Assembly (NCBI GenBank): GCA_040289575.1
Contig: PSLL01000012.1
Span: 58,096-71,092, forward strand
From: Candidatus Dadabacteria bacterium
Lineage (GTDB): Bacteria; Desulfobacterota_D; UBA1144; Nemesobacterales; CSP1-2
DNA: 12,997 nucleotides
Reading direction: 5' to 3'
The translations under genes and the position numbers were made by a program. The notes under the pieces were generated by a model, which was given only the letters and a program-made list of their open reading frames with translations, searched no databases and had not been told where the DNA came from. Positions 1-8,184 of this stretch are shown one piece after another (positions within the stretch are counted from its first letter, which is position 1; each line of letters starts with the position of its first letter).

Positions 1-1
1 T

Positions 2-202
2 CATGGCACAGGCTATTGGCAGTACGTGACTCCCATGGCACTGGCGGCAATCGCGGCGGGGGCCGATGGGTTAATAATCGAGGTCCATTTCAGACCCGAA
101 ATAGCACAAAGCGACGGCGGGCAGTCGCTTAAGCCCTCAAAGTTCTCTCTACTTATGGAGAAGGCAAAACCGGTTGCCCAGGCGGTGGGAAGGAGTATTT
201 AA
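2..202 (+). CDS. aroF: 3-deoxy-7-phosphoheptulonate (DAHP) synthase, class I-beta, C-terminal part (5' end outside window)
   Basis: Manual frame +2 translation: [66 protein letters not shown], stop TAA at 200-202. The (S)HGTG, GADGLxIEVH and SDGxQSL motifs fit DAHP synthase I-beta. Confidence 0.9.
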   Translation, partial: HGTGYWQYVTPMALAAIAAGADGLIIEVHFRPEIAQSDGGQSLKPSKFSLLMEKAKPVAQAVGRSI

Positions 203-241
203 TTCTCATAACTCAGAAACAAAGAAGTGGGTTGTGTACTA

Positions 242-264
242 GGAGTAGGTCTAAGGTCTGCTCC
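242..264. terminator. Possible weak hairpin terminator between convergent aroF and DUF2007 genes
   Basis: GGAGTAGGTC-TAA-GGTCTGCTCC can pair on the + strand with several G:U pairs. Only a short pyrimidine tail follows. Confidence 0.25.
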
Positions 265-267
265 CTT

Positions 268-615
268 CTAATCCTGACTAAAAAATAGATTAATAACCTC
301 CTTAGCATCCTCAACATCTTCTCTATAGACCATCACTTTTACAGGAGAGAAAAATGGGCCATATATATGGGCGATAAAGTAGTTGTCGAGATAGCTTATT
401 ACTCTATGGTCATCCAATACCTCTTTAATTAACCCCGCAAGGGCAACATCCTCGGTTCTGTAAACCTCGACAAATGCCTTCTCTTCAGAAGATCCCCCAA
501 ATCCCCGAACAATCCCTATTTGGCAATCAGAACAGTATTCTACCCCTTTTGTGTATCTTCTCTTACAGATCGGGCATTCGTTCATTTTAGGAACCGGGGA
601 TTTGTTAAAAATCAA
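268..615 (-). CDS. DUF2007-like putative signal-transducing protein with N-terminal zinc ribbon
   Basis: CPIC...YCSDC zinc ribbon followed by EVY...A(G)LIKEVL...VKVMVYREDVEDAKEVI, the pattern of DUF2007. Start is either TTG at 615 (TTGA overlap with the purN stop) or ATG at 585 (MNECPIC). Confidence 0.7.
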   Translation of the reverse strand: MIFNKSPVPKMNECPICKRRYTKGVEYCSDCQIGIVRGFGGSSEEKAFVEVYRTEDVALAGLIKEVLDDHRVISYLDNYFIAHIYGPFFSPVKVMVYREDVEDAKEVINLFFSQD

Positions 616-1217
616 TCTCTGATAAAAACCCTTCTCCCCTCAATCTTCAGCTTCCCCTCGGCAAAAAGCCTTATCGCTTCGGGATAGATTCTGTGTTCCT
701 CATTATGTATTCTCTCAAGGAGGCTATCCTCTGTATCCGTATCGTAAATTGGAACCACAGCCTGAAGTATAATCGGTCCCGTATCAACCCCTTCGTCCAC
801 AAAATGCACTGTACACCCTGTAAATTTCACACCATAATCGAGAGCCTGCTTTGCCGCATGTGTGCCTGGAAAGGAGGGCAGAAGCGCAGGATGAAGATTA
901 ATTATCCTATTCTTATAAGACCTTATAAAAAATGGAGAAAGTATTCTCATAAAACCCGCAAGAGCGATGAGATCAATATTATAAGGCTCAAGCCTCATAA
1001 GAACTTCTCTCTCAAATTCCTCCCTTGAATGGAAGTTTCTGTGGTCTACAACCTCTACGGGAATGTCGTGTTTTTTCGCCCTCTCTAGAGCATAAGCGCT
1101 TGGGTTATTACTGAGCACTAATACAATATCCACATTCCGGATTTTGGCATCAATTATCGCTTGGAGATTGGTTCCGCTCCCTGAAACAAAAATGGCAAGG
1201 CGGGTTTTTTTATCCAT
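612..1217 (-). CDS. purN: Phosphoribosylglycinamide formyltransferase
   Basis: Motifs SGSGTNLQA, LAGFMRIL, INLHPALLPSFPG, GCTVHFVDEGVDTGPII and EHRIYP; 201 aa. Confidence 0.97.
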   Translation of the reverse strand: MDKKTRLAIFVSGSGTNLQAIIDAKIRNVDIVLVLSNNPSAYALERAKKHDIPVEVVDHRNFHSREEFEREVLMRLEPYNIDLIALAGFMRILSPFFIRSYKNRIINLHPALLPSFPGTHAAKQALDYGVKFTGCTVHFVDEGVDTGPIILQAVVPIYDTDTEDSLLERIHNEEHRIYPEAIRLFAEGKLKIEGRRVFIRD

Positions 1218-1232
1218 TAAAATAAAAAAGAA

Positions 1233-1350
1233 TCAGGGCAGCTACCTACTTTCCCACCCCCGTAAGGGAGCAGTATCATGGGCCTCGAAGAGCTTAACTT
1301 CCGGGTTCGGAATGGGACCGGGTGTTTCCTCTTCAGTATTGCCACCCAGA
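1233..1350 (-). rRNA. rrf: 5S ribosomal RNA (stand-alone, not linked to 23S)
   Basis: Reverse complement reads TCTGGGTGGCAATACTGAAGAGGAAACACCCGGTCCCATTCCGAACCCGGAAGTTAAGCTCTTCGAGGCCCATGATACTGCTCCCTTACGGGGGTGGGAAAGTAGGTAGCTGCCCTGA. It has the conserved CCCATTCCGAAC loop C, AAGTTAAGC and GAAAGTAGG. Helix I ends pair, and the stem extends through AGAATC/GATTCT to 1229..1354. Confidence 0.97.
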
Positions 1351-1361
1351 TTCTATTATGA

Positions 1362-1389
1362 AAATTAACTGAATGTAAAAAAATGTCAA
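1362..1389 (-). promoter_or_regulatory. sigma70-type promoter of the 5S rRNA gene
   Basis: TTGACA (1389-1384), 16-nt spacer, TAATTT (1367-1362). Predicted start about 1354, coinciding with the 5' end of the extended 5S stem. Confidence 0.65.
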
Positions 1390-1418
1390 GGGCGGTAGGT
1401 CTTACATTAACTATAAAT

Positions 1419-1447
1419 TTGAAATCCTCCAATAAACATGATTTAAT
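1419..1447 (+). promoter_or_regulatory. Putative promoter of the tyrosine recombinase gene
   Basis: TTGAAA (1419-1424), 17 nt, TTTAAT (1442-1447), with extended -10 TG at 1439-1440. Predicted start about 1454, just ahead of ATG 1458. Confidence 0.45.
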
Positions 1448-1457
1448 CTACATTCTT

Positions 1458-2321
1458 ATGGAAGAGCTTATAAATGAATTTATTACGGCACTCGATAGAA
1501 GAGAAACAACCAAAGAAACCTATCTCAAGGCACTGCGCGAGTTTGCAAAGTGGTTAAGCGGCAACTCTCCCCTAGGACTCTCTACAGTGGACATTCAAAA
1601 ATATAAGGACTTTTTGGTTTCTAAAAATCTCTCTCCGACATCGCTTTCCACATATCTCACATCCGTAAGGAGACTCTACGACTACCTTATCTCAAAAGGA
1701 GTAGTCGCTCAAAATCCGGCAAAAAGAGTGAGGGGAAGCGGAAGGCCTCAGAGACACCTCAGAGCCCCATTGACGCCTGATGAGGTAAAGGCACTGCTCG
1801 ACGCGATTGATAAGACTTCACCAGTAGGGGCAAGAGACTGGGCAATGATAAACCTTATGGTAAGATGTGGGCTAAGTGAGATAGAAATCGTAAGGGCAAA
1901 CGTAGGAGATATAAAGGTAAAAGGCGGAAAACAGGTGATCTTCGTTCAGGGAAAGAGCAAGGATAAAAAAGACGAGTACGTAATACTGACTCCTCAGGCA
2001 CAGGAGGTGATTGAGTGGTATCTTGAGGCTAGAGGGAAACTCAAAGAAGACGAGCCGCTTCTTTGGGGGGTGGGAAATAGGGCAAAAGAAGAGAGAATTA
2101 CAACACGTGCCATAAGGGAACGCGTAAATTACTACCTGAAGCTCGCAGGGATTAAAAGAAAGGGAATAACACCCTATAGCCTCAGGCATACAGCGGCACT
2201 ACTTGCAATCGAAGCCGGAGCGGCAGTCTCGGAGGTAAAACAGATGCTTCGCCATAAAACAGTTGATTCCACACTCGTCTATTTTGAAGAAGCAGAAGAG
2301 TTAAAGAAAAAGAAAATCTAA
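1458..2321 (+). CDS. Tyrosine recombinase/integrase (XerC/D-like fold) with atypical catalytic residues
   Basis: N-terminal core-binding domain (TKETYLKALREF...LSPTSLSTYLTSVRRLYDYL...NPA), then RD.AMINLM..CGLSEIE, QGK, TPYSLRHT and LRH...STLVY. The ORF-track start at 1383 overlaps the 5S promoter, so ATG 1458 (MEELINEF, 287 aa) is preferred. Confidence 0.9.
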   Translation: MEELINEFITALDRRETTKETYLKALREFAKWLSGNSPLGLSTVDIQKYKDFLVSKNLSPTSLSTYLTSVRRLYDYLISKGVVAQNPAKRVRGSGRPQRHLRAPLTPDEVKALLDAIDKTSPVGARDWAMINLMVRCGLSEIEIVRANVGDIKVKGGKQVIFVQGKSKDKKDEYVILTPQAQEVIEWYLEARGKLKEDEPLLWGVGNRAKEERITTRAIRERVNYYLKLAGIKRKGITPYSLRHTAALLAIEAGAAVSEVKQMLRHKTVDSTLVYFEEAEELKKKKI

Positions 2322-3905
2322 TTACCTCTTCTCTACATAACTCCTTATAGGGAAATCTCTACCCGGATGCCGCAATTTCTTTATTGCTTTTACTTCAATC
2401 TGTCTGATTCTCTCCCTTGTTACATTAAATTCTCGGCCTACCTCTTCAAGTGTATATTCTCTTTCTTTTCCGATTCCGAACCGAAGCCTCACTATCTTTT
2501 CCTCTCTACTGTTGAGAACTGAAGAGAGAGCCCCTTTTAAAATCTGCTTAAGCTCCTTCATCTGAAGAGCCTCAAGCGGGGAGGTCGTGGTTTTATCCTC
2601 TATAAAATCCATAAGCTTGCCATCCTCCTCATCTCCAATCGGGGTCTCAAGTGAGATTGGGTCTTTTGCGATTTTGAGAATCCTTGCCACTTTGTCATCC
2701 GGCATTCCGACTCTTTCTGCTATCTCCTCCGGAAATGGTTCACGACCAAGTTCCTGGACAAGAAGCCTAGAAGCCCTGATTAGCCTATTTATAGTCTCGG
2801 TCATATGAACCGGAATTCTTATTATTCTTGACTGATCTGCGAGAGACCTGGTTATTGCCTGCCTTATCCACCATGTAGCATATGTAGAGAACTTATATCC
2901 TCTGTGATATTCAAATTTCTCAACAGCACGCATAAGTCCGATATTTCCCTCCTGAATCAGATCCAAAAACGGAAGTCCACAGTTGATGTACTTTCTCGCT
3001 ATACTTACAACGAGTCTCAAATTGGATTCAATCAGTTTCCTTCTGGCTCTAGAGGCTTTCTCCTCTCCTTGTTCGATTCTCTCAAGGGCTCTCCTGAGTT
3101 TCGCAACGTTCCCTCCTGCATCCTTTATAACATTCTGGATTTTCTTTTTTAGACCACTCTTTATTTCCGCTGCCTGGGCTTCGCCACATCTTTGAACTTC
3201 TCTAAATTCCTTTTCGATCTCTTCTATCCGATTTATATAATTTCTGGTAATCGAGAGAATTCTATCCATCTGATGCTTATTGAGATTAATCTCTTCTAAA
3301 TAATATATTATTTTTTCGTTGTTCCTCTTTATCCTCTGTCTTAGCGATTCCCTACTGTCTTTAGGAGTTAGGGGAATTTTTTTCCATATTTTCTTATTTT
3401 CCGAATGGAATTTTTTTATTGTGTCTATAGCGCGCTTCACTCTGAGAATAATTTCCTCTTCCCCTAAATCATCCGACTCATCATCAATCGAATTCGTTAT
3501 ATCCCTTACGCTTAGCATCCCCTTTCTTAGTTTCTCGCCGAGATTAATCACTTCTTGGAGCATTAACGAAGAACTCAGTATTGCCCTCGCTATGATCCGT
3601 TTTCCGTTCTCAATCTCTTTTGCTATACGCACCTCTTCGTCTCTTGTAAGCAGAGAGTGACCCGCTATTTCATGGAGGTAGAATCTTATTAAATCGTACT
3701 CGCTTGCGATCTCTCTGCCCATACCCGTATAGACTTCTCTAGCGAGAGATAGTGCATCCTCTGCTTTATTGTCGTTGTAGCCCTCATAGATTTTATCTAA
3801 AAAATCCTCTCCCTCATCGAGAGAATCTTCAAATACGAACTCCGAAAGGCCATCTTCACCGTCCGTTCCAAACTCGTCCCCTGCCTTTTTCTTTTTAGTC
3901 TTCAT
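2322..3905 (-). CDS. rpoD: RNA polymerase sigma70 factor, RpoD-like
   Basis: Region 1.2 (YLHEI...[15 protein letters not shown]), non-conserved region, region 2 ([43 protein letters not shown]), region 3 ([12 protein letters not shown]) and region 4.2 ([20 protein letters not shown]). Lies downstream of dnaG with an 11-nt overlap and SD GGGAGAGG. Confidence 0.93.
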   Translation of the reverse strand: MKTKKKKAGDEFGTDGEDGLSEFVFEDSLDEGEDFLDKIYEGYNDNKAEDALSLAREVYTGMGREIASEYDLIRFYLHEIAGHSLLTRDEEVRIAKEIENGKRIIARAILSSSLMLQEVINLGEKLRKGMLSVRDITNSIDDESDDLGEEEIILRVKRAIDTIKKFHSENKKIWKKIPLTPKDSRESLRQRIKRNNEKIIYYLEEINLNKHQMDRILSITRNYINRIEEIEKEFREVQRCGEAQAAEIKSGLKKKIQNVIKDAGGNVAKLRRALERIEQGEEKASRARRKLIESNLRLVVSIARKYINCGLPFLDLIQEGNIGLMRAVEKFEYHRGYKFSTYATWWIRQAITRSLADQSRIIRIPVHMTETINRLIRASRLLVQELGREPFPEEIAERVGMPDDKVARILKIAKDPISLETPIGDEEDGKLMDFIEDKTTTSPLEALQMKELKQILKGALSSVLNSREEKIVRLRFGIGKEREYTLEEVGREFNVTRERIRQIEVKAIKKLRHPGRDFPIRSYVEKR

Positions 3906-5682
3906 GTGCCTCTCCCTTTATGTTTTTCTCCCGCTCTATCAAATCTCGATACTCCCGGATGAGTTTTTCTTCCAGACTCGTATTCTTTTCCCTTCTAGCC
4001 CTATCCATTTCTAGTCTTAGAATTATGAATTCGTCTTCTATTCTCTTTAGCTTTAATTTACGAATACAGTCTTTGAGCATTCTCCATGCAGTACTCTCAT
4101 CTGGGATATCATCGGATGAAAAGATGGCACCAGATATAATCTCCTGAGTAGATGGATCATTAAACTTCAAAAGGAGAGATGATACATCAGATTGACCATT
4201 TAAAGTGATCTCCTCTAAAATAGCTTTAATCTCGCCATCGGCAATGAAATGAACTACATTTTCCTCCTTCAGGTAGCAGGAATACTTCGGGAATTTAAGA
4301 AGGACCTTTAAAATAAGCCTTTCTTGAGTATCAAATACTTTTTTAAGTTCCACCCGTGTCTGCGTTCTTGCCTTTTTAAAGTCCGATTCAGATTCTCTAC
4401 GACTAACCAAAGATAAGAAATCATTTTCCCGCATAACAAATTTTTCCGCTAATTTTTTTGTATAATGACTCCTCTCAATATCGTTTTTAATCTTTGCAAT
4501 AATTTCAATTGCCATTTGAGCCGCTTTGGCTCTGCCTATTTTTCCCGATTCAAAATCCCTTACAACCGTCTCTATAAAAAAGTCGAGCCATGAACCAGCG
4601 CCCGCAATTAACCTTAGAAATTCTTCGCCGCGTCCTTTTGAAATGAACGAATCCGGATCATCGCCATCAGGAAGAAGAACCATAAGTGGCAATAGCCCCT
4701 CTTCAAGAAAAACTTCGAGAAGCCCCCTAAGAGAGGCCTTTTCCCCCGATTCATCCCCATCAAGGACAACTATTATCCTGTCCGTATAGCGCCGAAGGAG
4801 TACCACCTGATTGCGCGTAAGAGAGGTACCCAAGGTGGCAACAACATTCTTTATTCCGGCAGAATAAAGAGAAAGAAAATCCATATACCCTTCGACCATT
4901 ATCACTTGCCCACTTTTCCTTATAGAATCCCTCGCCCTATCAATCCCATAGAGAATGCTCCTTTTGTGGTAAATCTCCGACTCAGGCGAGTTTATGTACT
5001 TAGGCTTCTCCTGGGTTAGAGCTCTTCCTCCAAATCCAATCACCCTGCCATCAACATCCCTTATCGGAAACATTATCCGCTCCCGAAATCTGTCGTAGTA
5101 CCCGTTCCCCCCCTTTCTCTTGATTATAAGCCCGACCTCTTCCGCCATCTTGAGAGGAGCCTTCTTTTCGGTCAAAAACCTCACTAGCGCATCCCACCTA
5201 CCGGGGGCATACCCCAATTCAAATTCCTTCACCGTTTCCAAAGAAATTCCTCTTTTTCTCATGTAATCCCTTGCCGCTCTACCCTCAGTATTGTCAATCA
5301 GCATAGAGTGATAGAACCTTGAGGCAAACAAGTTGAGTCTAAAAAGTGTATCTCTCCTCGACTTTCTTCCGGCGTGCAAAGGGTTTTTCTCAATTCTGAG
5401 GCCCGCACGACGAGCAAGTTCCTCAACCGCTTCAGGGAACGTGAGATTGTTATATCGCATCATAAACCCAAAGATGTCTCCTCCTGTTCCACAGCCAAAG
5501 CAGTGGAATATTCCCTTATCGTCGTTTACATAGAAAGACGGTGTCTTCTCATTATGAAACGGGCAAAGTCCAACGTAGTTTCTTCCTGATTTTTTAAGAG
5601 ATACATAGGTTTCTATAAGGCTTAAGATGCTAAACCTCCCTCTTATCTCCCCAACTATTGATTCAGAGATAGAGTAGCTCAT
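3895..5682 (-). CDS. dnaG: DNA primase
   Basis: CHC2 zinc finger ([11 protein letters not shown]...HCFGC), [25 protein letters not shown] motifs VEGYMD and DGD, and DPD. Confidence 0.97.
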   Translation of the reverse strand: MSYSISESIVGEIRGRFSILSLIETYVSLKKSGRNYVGLCPFHNEKTPSFYVNDDKGIFHCFGCGTGGDIFGFMMRYNNLTFPEAVEELARRAGLRIEKNPLHAGRKSRRDTLFRLNLFASRFYHSMLIDNTEGRAARDYMRKRGISLETVKEFELGYAPGRWDALVRFLTEKKAPLKMAEEVGLIIKRKGGNGYYDRFRERIMFPIRDVDGRVIGFGGRALTQEKPKYINSPESEIYHKRSILYGIDRARDSIRKSGQVIMVEGYMDFLSLYSAGIKNVVATLGTSLTRNQVVLLRRYTDRIIVVLDGDESGEKASLRGLLEVFLEEGLLPLMVLLPDGDDPDSFISKGRGEEFLRLIAGAGSWLDFFIETVVRDFESGKIGRAKAAQMAIEIIAKIKNDIERSHYTKKLAEKFVMRENDFLSLVSRRESESDFKKARTQTRVELKKVFDTQERLILKVLLKFPKYSCYLKEENVVHFIADGEIKAILEEITLNGQSDVSSLLLKFNDPSTQEIISGAIFSSDDIPDESTAWRMLKDCIRKLKLKRIEDEFIILRLEMDRARREKNTSLEEKLIREYRDLIEREKNIKGEAHED

Positions 5683-5807
5683 TGAAAACTGGGTTTACAA
5701 AATCTATATCTAGTTTTAGTAAAGAACGAATTAGAGAAAAAGAAACCAGAAGATAAAGCCTCAAGTTATTGTTCCCCTCCGGAGCAATTCACGATGAGTT
5801 TATTTCC

Positions 5808-6006
5808 CTAAAAATCTACGTTCTTTTGGCCATTTTTGTGAAGCGTTTTTTCGATGTAAATAATCTTTAACTTTCTTTGACTTGGTTTTTCTCAGAATTC
5901 TTCCTTTCTTATCTCGAACAGAACCCCTCCTTTTTTCTATCAGCCTTTTGAATCTTTTAAGAGCGCAGTCAATACTCCTATTGGTTCCTAATACAATTCC
6001 CTACAT
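5808..6006 (-). pseudogene. rpsU: 30S ribosomal protein S21 pseudogene
   Basis: Manual translation: M*GIVLGTNRSIDCALKRFKRLIEK, then a +1 shift in the A6 run at 5931-5936, then GGVLFEIRKEEF*EKPSQRKLK...VDF*. This matches the bS21 pattern ALxRFK...GILxExRxREFYEKPS, spans about 66 codons, and sits in the canonical position upstream of dnaG-rpoD. Lesions: TAG at 6003-6001, the frameshift, and TGA at 5894-5892. Confidence 0.85.
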
Positions 6007-6034
6007 TTACAAGTCCCTATAGAGCTTATCAAAT

Positions 6035-6063
6035 ACCCTAAAATATTAAAATTAGATTGTCAA
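6035..6063 (-). promoter_or_regulatory. Putative sigma70 promoter of the rpsU-dnaG-rpoD operon
   Basis: TTGACA (6063-6058), 17 nt, TAGGGT (6040-6035). Lies about 30 nt upstream of the rpsU ATG, which has a weak AGGGA SD. Confidence 0.55.
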
Positions 6064-6140
6064 GTGCCCGACTCCCATTCAGATATAATAGGGAATTTGG
6101 TTTTCAACCCCCTATACCCTAATCGATAAAGATTATCGCC

Positions 6141-6989
6141 CTACCCAATTGTCTTTCTCATGACCTCTATTGGAGCCTCCATGCCAGTCCATATATTAAA
6201 GCTCTCCACACCCTGATAGAGGAGCATACTAAGCCCACCTGAGGCTCTCCGCCCCATCTCCCTCATTCGTTTAACGAGATTCGTCTCACGCGGGTCATAA
6301 ACCAGATCATAAACCGCCGCTCCTTGTGAAAGAATCTCCAGTGGAATCTCAACTGAGTCTATCCCCTTCATCCCCGCCGAGGTTGCATTTACAAGAAGAC
6401 AAACCGAACCTAGAGATTTTTCTAACTCCTCCTTATCATCAAGAGAAAGGGCATAAATCTGGGTATCTTTAAAGTTCCTTTTAAATTCGGTCGCTAGCCT
6501 TTTAGCCTTGTCAAAGGTTCTATTTATTAGGTAAATCTCGGATGCCTCATTCATGCAAAGAGCCGAAATCACCGCGCGCGCCGCCCCTCCCGCTCCAATC
6601 ACAGCAACCCTCGATCCCCTTGGGTAAAACCCTAAGTCCTCTTTTACCGATCTGAGAAAACCGCCTACGTCTGTATTATAACCGATGAGTTTTCCCTCAT
6701 CATTTTTCACGGTGTTTACGGCACCCGTGAGACTCGCCTCGGGGGAGATTTCATCAAGGAAAAAGATTATGCTCTCTTTGTGTGGAATCGTGATATTTAC
6801 CCCCGAGATCCCCATTGCTCTTATAGCGCGGGCGGCGGTCTCAAAATCTCTGGGCTGAACATCAAAAGGAACATACACGCAATCAAGATGGAGCGCCCTA
6901 AAAGCGGCGTTGTGCATCCGAGGAGAGAGACTATGGCTTACAGGATGACCAAATATCGCATAAACCTTGGTACTCCCTTTTATGTTCAA
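6141..6989 (-). CDS. aroE: Shikimate dehydrogenase
   Basis: Motifs GHPVSHSLSPRMHN, NITIPHK, GAVNT, GYNTD, GAGGAARA, NRT, DLVY and MLLYQG. TTG start overlaps the ribF TGA, with SD GAGGAG. Confidence 0.96.
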   Translation of the reverse strand: MNIKGSTKVYAIFGHPVSHSLSPRMHNAAFRALHLDCVYVPFDVQPRDFETAARAIRAMGISGVNITIPHKESIIFFLDEISPEASLTGAVNTVKNDEGKLIGYNTDVGGFLRSVKEDLGFYPRGSRVAVIGAGGAARAVISALCMNEASEIYLINRTFDKAKRLATEFKRNFKDTQIYALSLDDKEELEKSLGSVCLLVNATSAGMKGIDSVEIPLEILSQGAAVYDLVYDPRETNLVKRMREMGRRASGGLSMLLYQGVESFNIWTGMEAPIEVMRKTIG

Positions 6990-7906
6990 GGCATCTCCTC
7001 AAAAATCTCTTTGGCCCGCTCTACATCCCTTGAAATCTGTGCAATGAGTGCATCAACACTCTCAAAACGCCTCTCGTCTCTTAGCCTGTCTACGAATTCT
7101 ATTCTCATCATCTTGCCGTAGACATCACCCCTAAAATCGATTATGTGAGTTTCTATAATAAGACTATTTTCTCCAAATGTGGGACGCAACCCCACATTTG
7201 TAATGCTCCTAAGCCTCCTTCCATCCAGATATGTCCATGTAACGTAGACGCCTCTCCTCGGAAAAATCTCCCAGGTGGTATCTAGGTTCGCCGTAGGAAA
7301 TCCGAGCATTCTTCCCCTTTTCTCCCCTTCTTTAATCCTCCCGTCTATAGAAAAATAATCGCCTAAAAACCTCGCAGCCTTTTTTACCATGCCGTCCTCA
7401 ATGAGATTTCTTATAAGGGTGCTGCTTACCACCTCTCCATCCAACACAACAGGCTCAACTATCCTGGTTTCAAATTTATATATTTTTCCCATAGATTCGA
7501 GAAGCTCTACGTTTCCTCCTCTCTTTCTTCCAAACAAAAAGTCGGAACCCACAAATATGCTCTTAATGTTTAACTTTCTAACGAGTATGTCTTTAATAAA
7601 ATCCTCAGCCGATATGGCAGCAAACTCTTTCGTGAAACTGTAGCAAACAGTAATCTCTACATCCTCTTTCTCTAAAAGCCTAAATCTCTCTTTCAAAGGA
7701 ACTATGAGCGGAATATCGGTTCCACGAAGCACCTTCTGCGGATGGGGATAGAAGGTTATAACGCATGAAGTGAGTCCTTTATCTTGAGCGTCCTTTCGCA
7801 CAAGGCTTATAATCTTCTTGTGCCCAATGTGAACCCCATCAAAAATTCCAATCGTTGCAGATGTAGCGAATTTAAGTGGCTCTTCCGGGTCAAATATTAC
7901 TTTCAT
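6986..7906 (-). CDS. ribF: Bifunctional riboflavin kinase/FAD synthetase
   Basis: Motifs GIFDGVHIGH, TFYPHP, GSDFLFG, VSSTLIR, GRMLGFPTANL, TNVGLRPTF and ETHIIDF. Confidence 0.96.
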   Translation of the reverse strand: MKVIFDPEEPLKFATSATIGIFDGVHIGHKKIISLVRKDAQDKGLTSCVITFYPHPQKVLRGTDIPLIVPLKERFRLLEKEDVEITVCYSFTKEFAAISAEDFIKDILVRKLNIKSIFVGSDFLFGRKRGGNVELLESMGKIYKFETRIVEPVVLDGEVVSSTLIRNLIEDGMVKKAARFLGDYFSIDGRIKEGEKRGRMLGFPTANLDTTWEIFPRRGVYVTWTYLDGRRLRSITNVGLRPTFGENSLIIETHIIDFRGDVYGKMMRIEFVDRLRDERRFESVDALIAQISRDVERAKEIFEEMP

Positions 7907-7956
7907 GTTTATCTTTTCTATAGTTTCATTTTTTGTGGTATCAGAAGATTAACACA

Positions 7957-7986
7957 ATTTTACCACAAGTTGAAAGCCCATTGGAA
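7957..7986 (-). promoter_or_regulatory. Putative ribF-aroE promoter (extended -10)
   Basis: Minus strand TGTGGTAAAAT (TG-n-TAAAAT, hexamer 7962-7957), with a weak -35 TTCCAA 18 nt upstream. Confidence 0.4.
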
Positions 7987-8094
7987 TCGGAATAGAAAAA
8001 GCATGGTATAAAAACCGATATGGGCAGATTTTCCTGCTGTCCTTGGACAACGTAAGAAACCCTGGGCAAATTCAAGAATTGTTATATAATCACA

Positions 8095-8124
8095 TTGACA
8101 TAAATCTACTTAGATAGCTATACA
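8095..8124 (+). promoter_or_regulatory. Putative promoter of the adaptor-corA unit
   Basis: TTGACA (8095-8100), 18 nt, TATACA (8119-8124). Confidence 0.45.
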
Positions 8125-8184
8125 ATGAATAGAAAAATCGAATATACTATCTGTTGGAAATTCAGTCATCTATTCCTAAACGCA

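Noticed and set aside
1144..1432. ORFs 1144..1368 (+) and 1217..1432 (-)
   Set aside because: They are shadow translations of the 5S rRNA gene.
1229..2321. Prophage or integrative element inserted at the 5S gene
   Set aside because: No cargo genes, no duplicated 5S fragment or att repeat seen, and the recombinase lies at the 5' side of 5S and directly abuts rpoD.
5683..5807. yqeY-like gene between rpsU and dnaG
   Set aside because: The gap is only 125 bp and I found no recognisable remnant.
5808..6006. rpsU expressed through recoding or an alternative genetic code
   Set aside because: It would need TAG readthrough, a +1 shift and TGA readthrough together. TAG and TGA both serve as normal stops for other genes in the window.
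7907..8030. FMN riboswitch upstream of ribF
   Set aside because: The region is AT-rich and lacks the conserved RFN motifs.
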